A stretch of DNA of 64,000 bases from an uncultured Actinomycetota bacterium (lineage in GTDB: Bacteria; Actinomycetota; Acidimicrobiia; Acidimicrobiales; RAAP-2): contig CAWHLQ010000020.1 of assembly GCA_963830195.1 (NCBI GenBank), positions 782-64,781 on the forward strand, read 5' to 3'. This document shows positions 50,437-61,339 of the stretch, piece after piece. The notes beneath the pieces were generated by a model. That model was not told the DNA's origin. It was given only the letters and a program-made list of their open reading frames with translations, and did no database searches. The translations under genes and the position numbers were made by a program. Position 1 is the stretch's first letter; each line of letters starts with the position of its first letter.

Positions 50437-51318
50437 GTGAAAGTTTTCATCACTGGCGGCACGGGACTCATTGGCTCTGCAGTCGTCGCGGAGCTCCTCA
50501 ACAACGGACACTCCGTTCTCGCACTCGCACGCTCGGAGACGTCGGAGAAGGCGGCCGAGGCTGCGGGCGCGCACGCACTGCGGGGCAGTCTCACTGACCT
50601 CGACGTCCTCCGCGAGGGGGCGCAACAGTCAGATGGTGTCATTCATCTCGCGTTTGCGAACGACTTCAGCAGCGCGGAGGCAGTGATGCGATCAATCGCC
50701 GAAGAAGCGGCGGCGCTCGAAGCATTGGGTGAGTCCTTGATCGACAGCGGTCGACCGTTTGTCACGTGCTCGGGAACTCCACAGGCGGCCGGACGACCCT
50801 CGACAGAGTCGGACCCTCTTCCCACCGAAGGTCCAATAAGCGGCCGAGCTCGTGGCGTGACCTCGATTCTCGACCTCGCCTCTCGCGGCGTCACGAGTTC
50901 GACGGTGCGACTACCTCGCACCGTCCACAACGAGGGCAACGGTGGATTTGCTGGCCTGTTGACCTTCATGGCGCGCCAATCGCGAGTGTCGGGTTATCCC
51001 GGCGACGGTTCGCAGCGGTGGCCCGCCGTTCACGCTCTCGACGCGGCGGTTCTCTTTCGTCTCGTTTTGGAGAACGCACCCGCGGGGACGTCGTGGCATG
51101 CGGTCGCCGACGAGGGCGACGCCGTTGGCGACATCGCCGCGGTCATCGGACGACGACTTGACGTTCCGGTCGAATCAGTGCCGGTTGAAACGTACGGACC
51201 GCTGGGCACGATCTTCATCACCGATCAGCCGTCGTCGAGCGCCTACACACGCGACACCTTGGGCTGGGAGCCAACACACGTGAGTCTCCTCGAGGACCTC
51301 GAGAACATTCAGCCCTAG
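50437..51318 (+). CDS. NAD-dependent epimerase/dehydratase (SDR)
   Basis: VFITGGTGLIGS, VIHLAF, GDGSQRWPAVH.LDAA. Confidence 0.9.
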   Translation: MKVFITGGTGLIGSAVVAELLNNGHSVLALARSETSEKAAEAAGAHALRGSLTDLDVLREGAQQSDGVIHLAFANDFSSAEAVMRSIAEEAAALEALGESLIDSGRPFVTCSGTPQAAGRPSTESDPLPTEGPISGRARGVTSILDLASRGVTSSTVRLPRTVHNEGNGGFAGLLTFMARQSRVSGYPGDGSQRWPAVHALDAAVLFRLVLENAPAGTSWHAVADEGDAVGDIAAVIGRRLDVPVESVPVETYGPLGTIFITDQPSSSAYTRDTLGWEPTHVSLLEDLENIQP

Positions 51319-51410
51319 AAGATCTCGCGCCACGCCAACGCGTCCGGTACGCCACTGACGACACACGTGTGGCTGTCTCGATGTCCGCGAGTGATCCACG
51401 GCGGAACCAA

Positions 51411-51833
51411 CTACGAATCCGTCTCGCGCTCCTCGAACATCCAGCGATGACCTTCCACGTCCTCTGCGCGATACCGCTTCCCAAATTCAGTTGACTCGAC
51501 ATCGGTCAAGATGGTGGCGCCGTGCTCTCTTGCTCGCTGACAGTGAGCGTCCACGTTGTCAACCAGGACCAGTAGTCCGTCGACAAGATAGGGAACCTCC
51601 TGCCAACGCGCCGCCGACTCACAGTGGCTGCGGTGCAGTGCCGGACCCTCATAATAGAGACTCGGCGTTGCGAGCATGATGGTCCCGTTGCCGGCGCGAA
51701 GTTCCGCGTGCTCCAGACGACCCTCGTCATCCACCATTCGCACTTCCTCGACGAATCCAAAAGCCGAGATCAGCCATTCGAGCGCCTCGACCCCGTTGCG
51801 ATACGCCATCATCGGCACAACGTCGTTTGTCAC
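51411..51833 (-). CDS. VOC family protein
   Basis: ALEWLISAFGF, HAEL and YRAED.EGHRW.F. Confidence 0.88.
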   Translation of the reverse strand: MTNDVVPMMAYRNGVEALEWLISAFGFVEEVRMVDDEGRLEHAELRAGNGTIMLATPSLYYEGPALHRSHCESAARWQEVPYLVDGLLVLVDNVDAHCQRAREHGATILTDVESTEFGKRYRAEDVEGHRWMFEERETDS

Positions 51834-52033
51834 AGGAAAACTCTAGCGATGAGGCACCAAGGTTGCTGACGGGGTGCCACTTTCAATTCACCGGATCTCA
51901 CGTCGAGCTCTCACAGGTCTGATCGACGAGGAGACGCTCGGAAACGTGCTGGCTCGCCGCCACACGAACGCGAGAGCCAAACGCCAGTCTCTCCTGCTGG
52001 CTGCACCGCTGGGTCAGTAGATTCAGTGAGACG

Positions 52034-53299
52034 ATGCATCGAACCATGTCGCGCCGTGAAATTCCCACGACAACACGAGCGATTCTTGTCGTCGTGGCTG
52101 TGCTCGTGGTGGCGACCTTCGCTTACAGCAAGACTGATATTGGCTCCACGATGACGTCAGGACGGTTGGTCACGTCACCAGACGCAGATGAGTTTTTCTC
52201 GCGACCGATTCAGTTGCCGAAAGGAATGGGTGGCAGTTATCACGGCAACGTCGTTAATGCCTCGTTCGAGCGTGGAACGTGGACTTTTGCGGCCACCGCG
52301 GGTCCAGGAGGCCGCGTGGTTGGACTCCAGGTCTCGCCCGTGGGTGATGTCGCGGGTCACGCGAACTTTTCTGTTCACTCGTGCTCAGTGTCGGTCTTGC
52401 TGGTTGATCCGTTCAGGCTCGCTTGTGGCGCGGCGGGGCGGTTGCGGATGTACGAACCATCGACCGGTCCTGCAGTGGTCTTGCCATCGTTGTCGACGAG
52501 TGCTGCTGCCGCCATCTCGCTGACCACCACGCGGCGAGCAGACGGGGGCGACGAGATTCTCGAATATTCGGTGAGCGGCACCAGGCTCTCGATGCGCTGG
52601 ATCCACCTTCGCGGAACATCGGTCGTGGAGAGTGTCTCCAGCACTGTCTCGATTGACGTGTCGAGGTCCAGTCTGGCGTCACCGCTTGTGACAGTTCTGG
52701 CTGACGGACGTGCCGTTGTGCAGTACGTCAACGCTTCGGGTTGTGTCGCAGTGGAGCGTGCGAATCCCGGTCAGAACCGACTCGTTCCCGATCAAGGACT
52801 TCCACGCTTCTGTGGAGACGTGGAGTATTTTGCCGCGCCTCTGCTCACTCGTCAGGGTGACACGGTTTTTGACTTCGAGGCCCTGTGGCGTCATACGTTG
52901 GTCGAGATGTCACGAGACGATCACGTCGTGTGGCAACACTCCCTCGTGAGCCGAGGGTCCTTCGTCGTCCTCAACTAGGATGAAATGGCCGAGATGAACA
53001 ACAGCGACATCGGTGTCGCATCGACAATGTTTGGCTCGGTGTGCGGTGCCAAAGTGGCAGCCAGCCCGTACGGAGGTTGCCAGGTCCTCGAGATCGTCAG
53101 CGCGCAGAGCGGCGCACTTGTACAACGCTCTCTGTCGAGCTACTGGATCAAAGAGGACGGTACGGTGACTCACCTGCTCGTTCTCGGCGTCGCGCCAGAA
53201 CGTCACTACGCGTTGGTCCTCGACGGACTGATTGCGAACTGGCCGAAAGGACGATGGATTCCCGGAGTCCTCTCTCGCGTGGGACTTCCTTCACCGTGA
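52034..53299 (+). CDS. Exported hypothetical protein(s); two in-frame ORFs separated by one TAG at 52976
   Basis: N-terminal TM/signal; 52034-52978 and 52985-53299 share a frame. Confidence 0.45.
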
Positions 53300-53886
53300 T
53301 GGTGGCCAATCGAGTATGTCCGCGCGGTTGCACGAGCCGGCGTGGACACTGAGTACGGCATCGTCGGTAGCTCGAGCAGTCTCGAAGGTGTGCTCTCGAG
53401 ATCGGATGAGTCGACTTCCCTGAAAAAGAGGGATCCCAACAGCATGATCACGCCGCCCAAGTCAATCGAAAAGGCCAGAAGGATAAGGAGGACGGTTTCG
53501 TCCGTCAGCGGCAGTGACGTGGCCGACTCCAACTTGTTGTACTCAGCGAGCACGAAGGTCGTAGACACAGAGTTGCTCTGTGCCGCACCGTCACTCGTCG
53601 CCGACACGACAGCCGGCACGCCCGCAGGAGGACTGAACGACGTGCGATTGGATCGGCCCCACTCCCGCTTCCTCGCCGCTCCACACCGTGACGTTGGTAC
53701 TCGGAACACCAACGTCTGGCCGGCGGCCGACTGACGAGTGACGCTCAGGCATCACGACGTGCAGTCACGTCACTCGTGAGGTGAGTCCGTTGAGATTGGT
53801 GCTGGGCCCACGTTGCGTCGTCGGCATTTCTGGCATTGTTGTCGAGGGGACGTTTCGCGACCTCACAATCGATCGAAGGAACGAAC

Positions 53887-54774
53887 ATGAACATTGATCT
53901 CCACGTCACTCGCTTCGAATGGGCGACCGGACCCGATGGAATCCGTGGCGGCGTCGGTGACCTAGCGAAGAGGGCGGAAGCGATGGGCGTTCGCACTTTG
54001 TCGTTTATGGATCACTACTTCCAGATGGACATCATGGCGCCCGCGGAGGATCCGATGCTTGAGGGGTACACGACACTCGGTTTCATCGCGGGTCTGACAG
54101 AGACGTTGCGCCTGCGCCTTCTCGTCACCGGCGTGACGTACCGACCGCCAGGCCTGTTGGCGAAGATCGTCACAACCCTCGACGTTCTCTCCGGCGGTCG
54201 TGCGGAACTCGGAATTGGCGCTGCGTGGTACGAGCGCGAGCACGTGGGTCTCGGCGTTAACTATCCATCGACGTCTGATCGATTCGAACAACTCGAAGAG
54301 GCTATTCAGATCTGTTTGCAAATGTGGAGTGACGATAACGGAGCGTTCGAGGGACGACACTTTCAATTGGTCGAAACACTCTGCAGTCCGAAGCCCATTA
54401 GTTCTCCCCGACCGCGAATCCTCATCGGCGGTGCCGGAGAACGCAAGACGCTACGACTCGTTGCTCAGTATGCAGACGCGTGCAACATATTCGGCAGTCC
54501 CGAGGAGGTGTCGCACAAACTCGACGTCCTCCGCCGACACTGCGAGAACGTTGGCCGCGATCCAATGGACATCGAAGTCACCGCATTCTTTCGAGATTTC
54601 CCACCCACAGTGACACCTGACGACCTCATCCGCCGGGCTGAATACTTTTCAAAGATCGGCGTGTCGACATTGGTGCTGGGAGCAGTTGGCGACGACCCGG
54701 CTGGCTACCTCGAAGAGACGTTCGGACCTGCGATGCAGCAACTGTTTGAACTTGAACCCACCCCTTGGGCGTAG
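53887..54774 (+). CDS. LLM class F420-dependent oxidoreductase
   Basis: MDHYFQ, PMLEGYTTL, LVTGVTYR.PG.LAK..TTLDVLSGGR and IGG.GERKTL. Confidence 0.92.
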   Translation: MNIDLHVTRFEWATGPDGIRGGVGDLAKRAEAMGVRTLSFMDHYFQMDIMAPAEDPMLEGYTTLGFIAGLTETLRLRLLVTGVTYRPPGLLAKIVTTLDVLSGGRAELGIGAAWYEREHVGLGVNYPSTSDRFEQLEEAIQICLQMWSDDNGAFEGRHFQLVETLCSPKPISSPRPRILIGGAGERKTLRLVAQYADACNIFGSPEEVSHKLDVLRRHCENVGRDPMDIEVTAFFRDFPPTVTPDDLIRRAEYFSKIGVSTLVLGAVGDDPAGYLEETFGPAMQQLFELEPTPWA

Positions 54775-55375
54775 AAACTTCAGCCGTCCAAGACGGTCGA
54801 AGGGACTCTGAAGACTCCCCTAAGGGCGGCGGCGTCAGTACTCGGAGCGGACTCCTACTCGATCAGCGTTGGATTTCCATGGGGCACTTCAGTCTCAGTG
54901 GACTGGCCGGCAGAGGTTCGTGCCAAAACCAAAGCGGAGTCGACCCCACCAAGTTCAACGACAAAGGACCCGTCAGCGCAGTCAGGTGAGACGAACAGTG
55001 ACTCACACGACGTGACGACATCTCAGAAGTGACAAAGGGAAATTGAGAAAGTGGATCGTCGAAACTGAACATTGCAAAAGATCCAAAGTGAGATTGAGGT
55101 TCACGACGTCCACCAAACTGGCGAGTTGCTCCGACCCTTTTCTTGAATTTCACGCTTTCGGAGCGCGTCCTCTTTGTTTGTTCGATCGAACATTTGCCGA
55201 GTAGTCGGACCGTGATTGGACTCTTCAATGACCCTCGGACGCAATGCTGGAACGAGGTCAACCTAGGACTCCCACGGCTTTCAGGGACCTACAGCGCGGC
55301 ATCTGTCGGATGGGTATCATGATCCCCCGTGGGCCGGCGTGATTCCGGTTCGAGCGAGATAGGAAGGGGCTTGAG

Positions 55376-57561
55376 GTGGCGACGGAGGATGGCAAGATCT
55401 GGCCGGTGATCTACGAGATAGGACCGACGACAACACGTCAGCGTCCGCGTCTCACTTCACTGCGGCAGAGCGGGCCCAGGGCACAGAGTCGACCGCGCAC
55501 TCTGGCAACTCGGAAAGTGACAAGGCAGTCCCGCGACGCGGGCTCTTCAGAGTGGCTGGTGCCGCAGCGATTGGAATCGTGGGTGCAGAGGTATTGGCTG
55601 CCACACCCGCGGGTGCGACTGATGATCCGGTCATTCTCGGAGCAAGTAACTCCTCGTCGGCTAGCACAGTCGTCACCACTTCGACCGGAGATGGTCTCAT
55701 CGGAGTCACCTCGCAAGATGGCCAACACGGCGTTCAAGGAAGTGACACCAGTACCGGCGGTGGCTACGGCGTCAGCGGCATCAGTAACGAAGGTTCGGGC
55801 GTCATCGGGCAAACCGCTGCACCCAACCAGGCGGGGGTCATCGGCAGCTTCACCGGAGGCACAAACACGGGCGAAGCCGGCCTCGGAAAGACAGACGTCG
55901 GCATCGGTGTTCAAGGAAGTTCTCTGAGCGGCACGGGCGTCTACGGCGTGGCCCCGTCGGGCAGCGGGGAGTTGGCAGACCAGTACGCCGGTGTCATCGG
56001 TGACTCGTTGAAGTACCCCGGTGTGCTCGGGCTCTCTGCAGGCGCCAGCGGCGTGAACGGCCAAACCGTCGCTGATGGCCAAAGTGGTGTTCTGGGTCAG
56101 GACGCCAGCGCGGGCGGTGGCTACGGCGTCTACGGCGAGAGCACCGTCGGCGTCGGCGTGTATGGAGCCGCGGGTTCCGTGAGCGGTCTCTACGTCGACC
56201 AAAACCCTGGTGTCGTCGGTGACTCGTCGGCGAACCCCGGTGTGCTCGGGCTCTCTGCCAGTGACAGTGGCGTGGTGGGACAGACCTCGGCTGACACGAA
56301 GAGTGGTGTCTACGGATACGACACCAGCCCGGACGGCGGCTACGGCGTCAGCGGCCTCAGTGACGAAGGCTCGGGAGTCCTTGGACAAACCGCTGCACCC
56401 CACCACGCGGGAGTAATCGGTAACTACACCGGAGACCCCAACAGCGGTAGCAGCGCCGGAAAGAGTGATGTCGGAATCGGTGTTCAAGGAAGTTCTTTGA
56501 GCGGCACGGGCGTCTACGGCGTGGCCCCGTCGGGCAGCGGAGAGTTGGCAGACCAGTACGCCGGCGTCATCGGTGACTCGTTGAAGTACCCCGGCGTCAT
56601 CGGACTGTCGGGTGGCAATAGCGGCGTGAACGGCCAAACCTTCGCTGATGGCCAAAGTGGTGTTCTCGGCCAGGACGCCAGCGCGGACGGTGGTTACGGC
56701 GTCTTCGGAGAAAGCACCGTCGGCGTCGGCTTGTACGGGGTCGCGGGATCGGTGAGCGGTCTCTACGACGACCAGTCCCCCGGTATCGTCGGCGACTCGG
56801 CGGCGAACCCCGGCGTGCTGGGGATCTCCGCGGGTGACAGCGGTGTGGTGGGACAGACGAGTGCCGATGGACAGAACGGCGTGTTCGGTCAGGACATCAG
56901 CGACGGCGGTGGCTACGGCGTGTACGGCACTAGTGACGAAGGTATTGGCGTCTACGGTCAGGCGTACTCGCCCTCTCAGGTGGGTGTCTTCGGCACATAC
57001 GCTCCACTGACTGTCACGAAGAATCCTGGCAGCCCCACCGGCATCCAACCTGGCATCGGCGTCAAAGGAACTGCATATAACGGCACGGGCGTCTATGGCG
57101 TGTCGGAGAAGAGCAGCGGACAAGTGGGAACTCAGCAGGCCGGAGTCATCGGTGACGGATCGGCGTCGCCTGGAGTGATCGGCGTGTCGAGCGGCGCTAG
57201 CGGAGTGGTGGGACAGACCTCCGCGAACAACGAAAGTGGTGTCTACGGTAACGACACCAGCGCGGGCGGAGGGTACGGAGTGACAGCCTCGTCCACTCAC
57301 GGCACGGCGCTGCAGGTCGACGGCGTGGCGAGCTTCTCGCGAAGTGGTGTGGTCACGTTGACGCAAGGGGCGACATCGGTCGTGGTGCCGGTTACGGGCG
57401 GACTCAAGAAGACGAGCCACGTCCTCGCGACGATCCAGTCCGACACGGGTTCGGTCGCGGTGCGCGCCGCGGTACCGAGCACGACCAAGGGAACAGTGAC
57501 GATCTATTTCACATCCCACGCACCTGTGGGAACCTCAGTCGCCTGGTTCGTCTTTGGATGA
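55376..57561 (+). CDS. Tat-exported Gly-rich GVxG repeat protein (fibre or beta-solenoid-like); start uncertain, probable 5' frameshift
   Basis: PRRGLF twin-arginine motif in frame just upstream of 55552, dozens of GV.G repeats, C-terminal ALQVDG.ASFSRSG domain. Confidence 0.75.
55744..56920 (+). repeat. Intragenic tandem duplication with ~575-bp period
   Basis: Near-identical GGTGTTCAAGGAAGTTCT.TGAGCGGCACGGGCGTCTACGGCGTGGCCCCGTCGGGCAGCGG at 55906 and 56479. Confidence 0.85.
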
Positions 57562-57863
57562 GCCAACTATGCGAAGGTTCTGGTGAGCAACGCGGCGGGC
57601 TGACTCTGAGTGATGAATTCTCACTCTGATCAGTAAGAGTGGCGCCTAGTTGTACGACCAATCTTTCTCCTGGGCTTCGTCCAGGAACTGAGCACCGGCC
57701 TGACACAGGTGTGGGGCTCCTTCGCCGGAGCTTCCTCGCTGCTATCGGCGATTCCGCACTCAAGAAGCCAACGTGTGCTTGAGAAGCCGACCGGAACGCC
57801 TCGGGCAGCTCGCATTTGCATTGCTTCCGACTTCACGAACCACGAATTCGGACGACCTCAGGT

Positions 57864-58215
57864 TCAGGGATTGCGTGAGTTGAGGATGCAGAATTCGTTG
57901 CCCTCCGGATCTTGAAGCACGACCCAGGTCTGCTCACCTTGTCCGACATCGGCTCGTGTTGCTCCAAGGGCCAGCATCCGTTCAACTTCAACGTCTCGAT
58001 TGTCCGGACGAAAATCAAGGTGAAGTCGATTGTTCGTCGTCTTGAGCTCCGCCACTGGCACAAACAAGATCCCAGGAAGTCGATCCTGTGACTCTCGAAT
58101 CTCAAATTCGTCAGGATTGTCGCTGACGATGACCCACCCGAGCGCCTCTCGCCACCAGTTGCCCAGCACACTCGGGTTGTTCGCCTGAACGATCGTCGTT
58201 CCACTCCAAGGTCAT
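57864..58215 (-). CDS. VOC (glyoxalase_6-like) protein with a 5' frameshift
   Basis: WW.EALGW, NRLHLD, LGA..AD.GQ and WVVLQDPEGNEFC. Confidence 0.85.
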
Positions 58216-58367
58216 GTCGTGATCGTATCGGCGACGAGAACTCAAGTCGACGCAGTTGCAGAAATCGGTTCAACGCGCGACGATCGAAGGCGAACGTGCT
58301 CCGGAATTTTGAGTCGGGGCATTCGTTGACGTGGTTCGCGTCGACACGTCCCAATCCTCCCTTCCGT

Positions 58368-58664
58368 TCAGTCCACTCGAGACAAACCCCACTTGTTAGT
58401 CGCTGCTCTGGCGCACATCGCGTGGAGTTTCCTGACCACGGGATTCGTCAGCAAGACGGCGGACGCGACGAGAGCGGCATTGGTCCACGGAACAGACACC
58501 AGCGCGTGGCCGAAGGCCAAGGTCCCGAGTGCCAGTTGTCCGATCACCGTCAGGGCGGTCTCCCACGTCGGATCGCCCTTCTTGCGGCGCTGGTACTCCA
58601 ACAGGAACGCTGCGGGAAGGCATCCGAGTCCGACAATCGCGGTGAGGGTGAGCCACCCGCTCAC
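58368..58664 (-). CDS. Membrane protein coupled to satD, possibly truncated
   Basis: GTGA overlap with the satD stop; three hydrophobic segments. Confidence 0.55.
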   Translation of the reverse strand: MSGWLTLTAIVGLGCLPAAFLLEYQRRKKGDPTWETALTVIGQLALGTLAFGHALVSVPWTNAALVASAVLLTNPVVRKLHAMCARAATNKWGLSRVD

Positions 58665-59311
58665 GGTTCCACCAGCGTTCGGGCGATGCGGATGGCCAAC
58701 TGTCGACCGACTTGTTTCTCAACAACAGCGCCGCGCCGAAGCCTCTCCCCGAACGACTGTTGCGTGATCCCCAACTCGCCCGCCGCGTCAACCTGCTTCA
58801 GACCCCTCTTGTACAGGGCTTCTGCTTCAACCGCGGACGCGGTTTGGCGCTCCACAATGAGCAGGATCAGCGTCAACACCGTCACCAGATCTTCGATGCG
58901 TGGATCGTCACCGACGATGCTGAATCGATGAGCTCCCGGCTTCTGCTTGGCGCGTTCGACGGCCGTCCGCGCGTGTTCCAGGGCCGGACCACGGGACTCA
59001 CGGACGCTGGTCGGGATGGGCTCAACCACCTCTCCGATTCCGACGCCGACCCACCACGCCTCGGAGCCCGCGGCGTCGAGAACAATGTCAACGGCAACCG
59101 CCGGGTCGCTCACGAGTGCCTGCATCTCATCGCCGGAGTTCCTCTCGAAGGGTCGCACGAGACCCGAGTAGAACATCTCGTTGTAACGCCGCATGCTGTC
59201 GTCGACGAGATCCATGCTTCGGCGACTCATCCTCTGATCAAGCGTGAGCGCGAACAGCTGGCTCGGCGTCGTCGCCGACCTCGCTTCGCGCCGTTGCTCT
59301 GATTGGTCCAC
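58661..59311 (-). CDS. SatD family protein (cyclase-like GDE domain + C-terminal HTH)
   Basis: LTLDQRMSR, FERNSGDEMQ, WWVGVGIG, GPA..HAR.AVE.AK and Q.DAA.ELGITQQS..ERL. Confidence 0.8.
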   Translation of the reverse strand: MDQSEQRREARSATTPSQLFALTLDQRMSRRSMDLVDDSMRRYNEMFYSGLVRPFERNSGDEMQALVSDPAVAVDIVLDAAGSEAWWVGVGIGEVVEPIPTSVRESRGPALEHARTAVERAKQKPGAHRFSIVGDDPRIEDLVTVLTLILLIVERQTASAVEAEALYKRGLKQVDAAGELGITQQSFGERLRRGAVVEKQVGRQLAIRIARTLVEP

Positions 59312-59315
59312 AGAT

Positions 59316-59389
59316 ACAGGCTACCAACCCTGTGAGGAAAATCACAGGGCTATAGCCCTGTTTCCACGTCTACAGGGATAAATCCCTGT
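59316..59389. promoter_or_regulatory. Three 18-bp palindromes ACAGG-N8-CCTGT at 28-bp period over the satD promoter
   Basis: ACAGGCTACCAACCCTGT at 59316, ACAGGGCTATAGCCCTGT at 59344 (perfect) and ACAGGGATAAATCCCTGT at 59372. Confidence 0.85.
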
Positions 59390-60033
59390 GAGACTCGTCA
59401 CGGTGACGCCGTGGGGACCAAGGCAGGCACGGACCCGCGACCGTTGCTCACGTGGCCCGTTCTCGAGCCGCACTGTCTTGCGATCACGGTGGCGCGGCTC
59501 TGATCGCACACTCCCTGCACTTTGTCGAAGGAGACGAACACACGTCTCGGCGGAATTCTCTTCCGCGTGGCTCGAAAGTGTCACTGTTCCGTCAGTTCCC
59601 TTTTCAGCGAGACGAATCGTCACGCGTTCTCTGATGCACCCGCGCTCCAGCGCCGACGTCGACCGACGCACAACTGTGGGGAGGGTCCAGAGCGAGAGAG
59701 TGTGCAGTTGCTGATGGACAAAATACGCACTCGGCGCCCTAGGAATGATCGAACAATCAACTGAAACGATTGCGATCACGACAGGTCCAGTCAATGCAGT
59801 CTGCAACCGCCGCGCCCAATTCGTTGCCTCGAAAGTCTCGAAGTAACGCCTAAAGCAAGATCCTCCCTCCCAGCCCCATGGGTCGTCTCTCGAGAAGCGT
59901 TTCCTTGCTCCAAGTCGACGAGGTGAAGCGTATCTCTCGGGAAAACCATCGACTTCGTCACAAGCGCCGCGACACATTTTGCGATATTCTCAGAAAAATT
60001 TCACAACCTTCACGGAACTGGAGGATACCGCCG

Positions 60034-61128
60034 ATGAGACGAATCATTGCGCTACTGGCCACGTGTTTGATTGCGTTGATGGGCGTCGCGTCGGCGCCTC
60101 CAGCTGTGGCGGTGTCTCCTTCTACACACGCGCCTTCGTGGACAAAAATTTATTCCGACGGTGGGAAGTACACGTATACCGCGGTGTCGTGCAGTGGTTC
60201 CCATGAGTGCTTCGTGACCGGATATTTGCTGTCTGGAAAGAAGCCGGGATCGAAGATCGGTCGGACGACGACGAACGGAACTCATTGGACCTGGACGACC
60301 CTTCCTGCGGTGCAGCTCTCGGCACTTGCGTGCGATTCGTCCACGGTGTGCTTCGCTGTTGGAAAGAACATCTCAACAGACAGGGGTGTTCTGTATTCGA
60401 CAACGAACGGTGGCGTTCAGTGGGCAAGTACGGTCCTACCTCTCGGAACGGCGGAGCTCAACGCGATTACGTGCCACGTGACGTGTCTGGCCGTCGGCGG
60501 AACGTGGGGGCTGTCCAGTGAAGGAAGCGGCGTGGCGCTCAAGATGTCTCACATCGGAACGAGCTACTCCTGGACGAGTCTAAGTCTGCCCACGGGAGTC
60601 GGCGGGCTCGCGCTGACCGGCGTAGCGTGCGTGTCGTCGTCGACGTGTTTTGCGGTCGGACAGAACGGAACGTTTGACCCGAGTACGGACTCACTCTGGT
60701 ACTGGTTTCTCGACGTGACCCACAACGGAGGGGCAACGTGGACTTACAACAGCGCCGTCTCCGATACGGGCTTCGCAAGCGTGACGTGCGCCAACGGGAC
60801 CGATTGTTTCGTCCTTGATTATGTCGTGGGATCAAATCTCTGGCTTTCAACGAACGGCTTTACGTCAGCGTCGGTGAATCTGACGGGCGGTGCTGGCTTT
60901 TCATCCTTGTCGTGTGCGACGTCGACGGAGTGCGTGCTGACGGGCTATGGTTCCTCGCTCAATGACGCGACAACGTATGTCGGATCATCGGCCACCGGAC
61001 CCTGGACCGCCGCGCCCGTGCTCTCGGGAGTGAACGGACTAACTTCTGCGTGCGAAGTCCGCGGACCGTGTTTTGGAGTCACGGGATTTGTGAGCGGATC
61101 GACGGGCTCGATCTACAAGATTTACTGA
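60034..61128 (+). CDS. Secreted beta-propeller protein with Cys-paired and BNR/Asp-box-like repeats
   Basis: Signal peptide; repeated (V/L)xCxxxxxCFAVG and TxNGGxxW. Confidence 0.8.
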   Translation: MRRIIALLATCLIALMGVASAPPAVAVSPSTHAPSWTKIYSDGGKYTYTAVSCSGSHECFVTGYLLSGKKPGSKIGRTTTNGTHWTWTTLPAVQLSALACDSSTVCFAVGKNISTDRGVLYSTTNGGVQWASTVLPLGTAELNAITCHVTCLAVGGTWGLSSEGSGVALKMSHIGTSYSWTSLSLPTGVGGLALTGVACVSSSTCFAVGQNGTFDPSTDSLWYWFLDVTHNGGATWTYNSAVSDTGFASVTCANGTDCFVLDYVVGSNLWLSTNGFTSASVNLTGGAGFSSLSCATSTECVLTGYGSSLNDATTYVGSSATGPWTAAPVLSGVNGLTSACEVRGPCFGVTGFVSGSTGSIYKIY

Positions 61129-61339
61129 GACTGAAACCACGTCACCACGTTCCGGAACGGCACAACGTTCGATCCTTCTCGGATTGATGGTGTCAGTGCA
61201 GCACGTGGACGACACTGAGACCACCGATTTCCGTTTTAGCTCGCACGTGAGATGTGCGAACGCGTCGGCACCTTTGACGTCACTCGTGATGGGCATCACG
61301 AAGTGACGGAACGGGGACCGCGGAAGAGTCTTCTCGGTC

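Noticed and set aside
54775-55375. Riboswitch or ncRNA in the long lower-GC intergenic region
   Set aside because: No recognisable aptamer motif or convincing conserved structure by eye; an Rfam scan would be needed.
55438-57519. 693-aa minus-strand ORF
   Set aside because: Antisense shadow of the Gly-rich repeat gene.
59316-59389. Mini-CRISPR array
   Set aside because: Units are 18-bp palindromes with only 10-bp gaps, there are no cas genes, and they overlap a promoter.
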